Shown here: positions 63,141 to 64,000 of the stretch, piece by piece
Position numbering within the stretch: the stretch's first letter is position 1
Layout: every line of letters begins with the position of its first letter
Assembly: GCA_963749075.1 (NCBI GenBank)
Contig: CAVVLJ010000020.1
Coordinates: 160,001 to 224,000, forward strand
Direction: 5' to 3'
DNA length: 64,000 nucleotides
From: an uncultured Pseudomonadota bacterium
Lineage (GTDB): Bacteria > Pseudomonadota > Alphaproteobacteria > JACZXZ01
Made by a program: the position numbers and the translations under genes
Notes under the pieces: generated by a model
The model's database searches: none
Told to the model about the DNA's origin: nothing
Seen by the model: the letters and a program-made list of their open reading frames with translations, nothing else

Positions 63141-63177
63141 GCGACCTCAAAGAACATGGGACCTCAAAGAACATGGC
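63127..63177. repeat. 17-bp tandem triplication ACCTCAAAGAACATG(CG/GG/GC) at the livM/livG junction
   Basis: Direct inspection. Confidence 0.92.
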
Positions 63178-64000
63178 GCCGCCTCGCTACGAGGCCGGCG
63201 AGACCGCGCGGCAACGCCAGGATGGCGAGGATGAGGATGAGGCCGTAGACGAGGACGCGCAGCTCGGCCGAGAAATTGATCACGTGCGGCAGTGCCGTGA
63301 GGATGAAGGCGCCGAGGATCGGCCCGCTCACCGAGCCGCGCCCGCCGAGGAGCGCCATCGCCACGATGGCGAGCGACTGCTCGATCGAGAGATAGCCGGG
63401 CTCGATGTAGCTCAGGTAGAAGGCGTAGAGGGCGCCTGCGACCGCCGCACCCGCGTTTCCCGCCAGGAAGGAGACGAGCTTGTAGCGGAAGACGTCGATG
63501 CCGAGGGTGTCGGCGAGCTCGTCGTTGAGGCGGATGGCGGCAAAGGCGCGCCCCATCCAGGAATGCACGAGACGCGTCGAGACGAAGACCGTGGCCATGA
63601 GGGCCACGAGGCTCAAGTAGTACCACATGCGCGTGCCCTCGACCGGCACCAGGCCGCCCGGCAGCCACAGCATGGGCTTCTCGGTCAGGTTGATGCCGAG
63701 CGAGCCGTTGGTGAAGCTGCTCCAGTTGAGGATGATGAGCCGCGCCATCTCGGAGAAGGCGAGCGTCACGATGGCGAAATAGAACTCCTTGAGCTTGAAG
63801 CGGAAGCAGATGGTGCCGACGGCGAGCGAGAGGACGCTCACCAGCGCCACCGCGATGAGCATGCCGATCCAGAAGGAGACGCCGAGATGCGCCATCGCGA
63901 GATGGGTGGCGTAGGCCCCGATGCCGAAGGCTGCGGCGTGGAACATGGAGAGCTGGCCGGTATAGCCGAAGATCAGGTTGAAGCTGACCGCTAGGATGCC
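63164..64000 (-). CDS. Branched-chain amino-acid ABC permease (LivM-like; 5' end outside window)
   Basis: NLIFGYTGQLS, YFAIVTLAF, GRAFAAIR, LLGGRGS..GP. Confidence 0.92.
   Translation of the reverse strand, partial: GILAVSFNLIFGYTGQLSMFHAAAFGIGAYATHLAMAHLGVSFWIGMLIAVALVSVLSLAVGTICFRFKLKEFYFAIVTLAFSEMARLIILNWSSFTNGSLGINLTEKPMLWLPGGLVPVEGTRMWYYLSLVALMATVFVSTRLVHSWMGRAFAAIRLNDELADTLGIDVFRYKLVSFLAGNAGAAVAGALYAFYLSYIEPGYLSIEQSLAIVAMALLGGRGSVSGPILGAFILTALPHVINFSAELRVLVYGLILILAILALPRGLAGLVARRRHVL

Noticed and set aside
63127-63177. CRISPR-like array (also considered at 9069, 18419 and 29717)
   Set aside because: Contiguous tandem units without spacers; no cas genes

Overview
High-GC alphaproteobacterial chromosome segment (Rhodospirillales-like by gene order; inference). 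The first ~19 kb is core genome: gltB (5'-truncated), EamA transporter, K+ channel, fzlA-like GST, SDR, alpha/beta hydrolase, GT4/GT9, infC-rpmI-rplT-pheS-pheT-lepA and tRNA-Ser(GGA). The remainder is a patchwork of uptake and catabolic modules. These are: two polar amino-acid ABC systems; an aldolase/M20/PotABCD-like/HD-domain operon; a DadA-like oxidase; a myo-inositol cluster (iolD, iolG, iolE) with an EEP phosphatase and two ABC systems; and a FCD/GntR-associated cluster (Liv transporter, PanB, sterol-desaturase-like, PhyH, FAD oxidoreductase, DUF6166-like, ComDE-like decarboxylase). Small TA-like and nuclease genes are interspersed (GIY-YIG, vapBC, orphan HigA, NTase plus a small partner). 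At least six families of palindromic or periodic repeats sit at gene junctions. Some supply stop codons and one appears to be translated. Three apparent +1 frameshifts all fall on the motif CGAAC and are probably consensus errors. No CRISPR array, integrase or transposase is visible. All family assignments are from motif recognition, not database searches.
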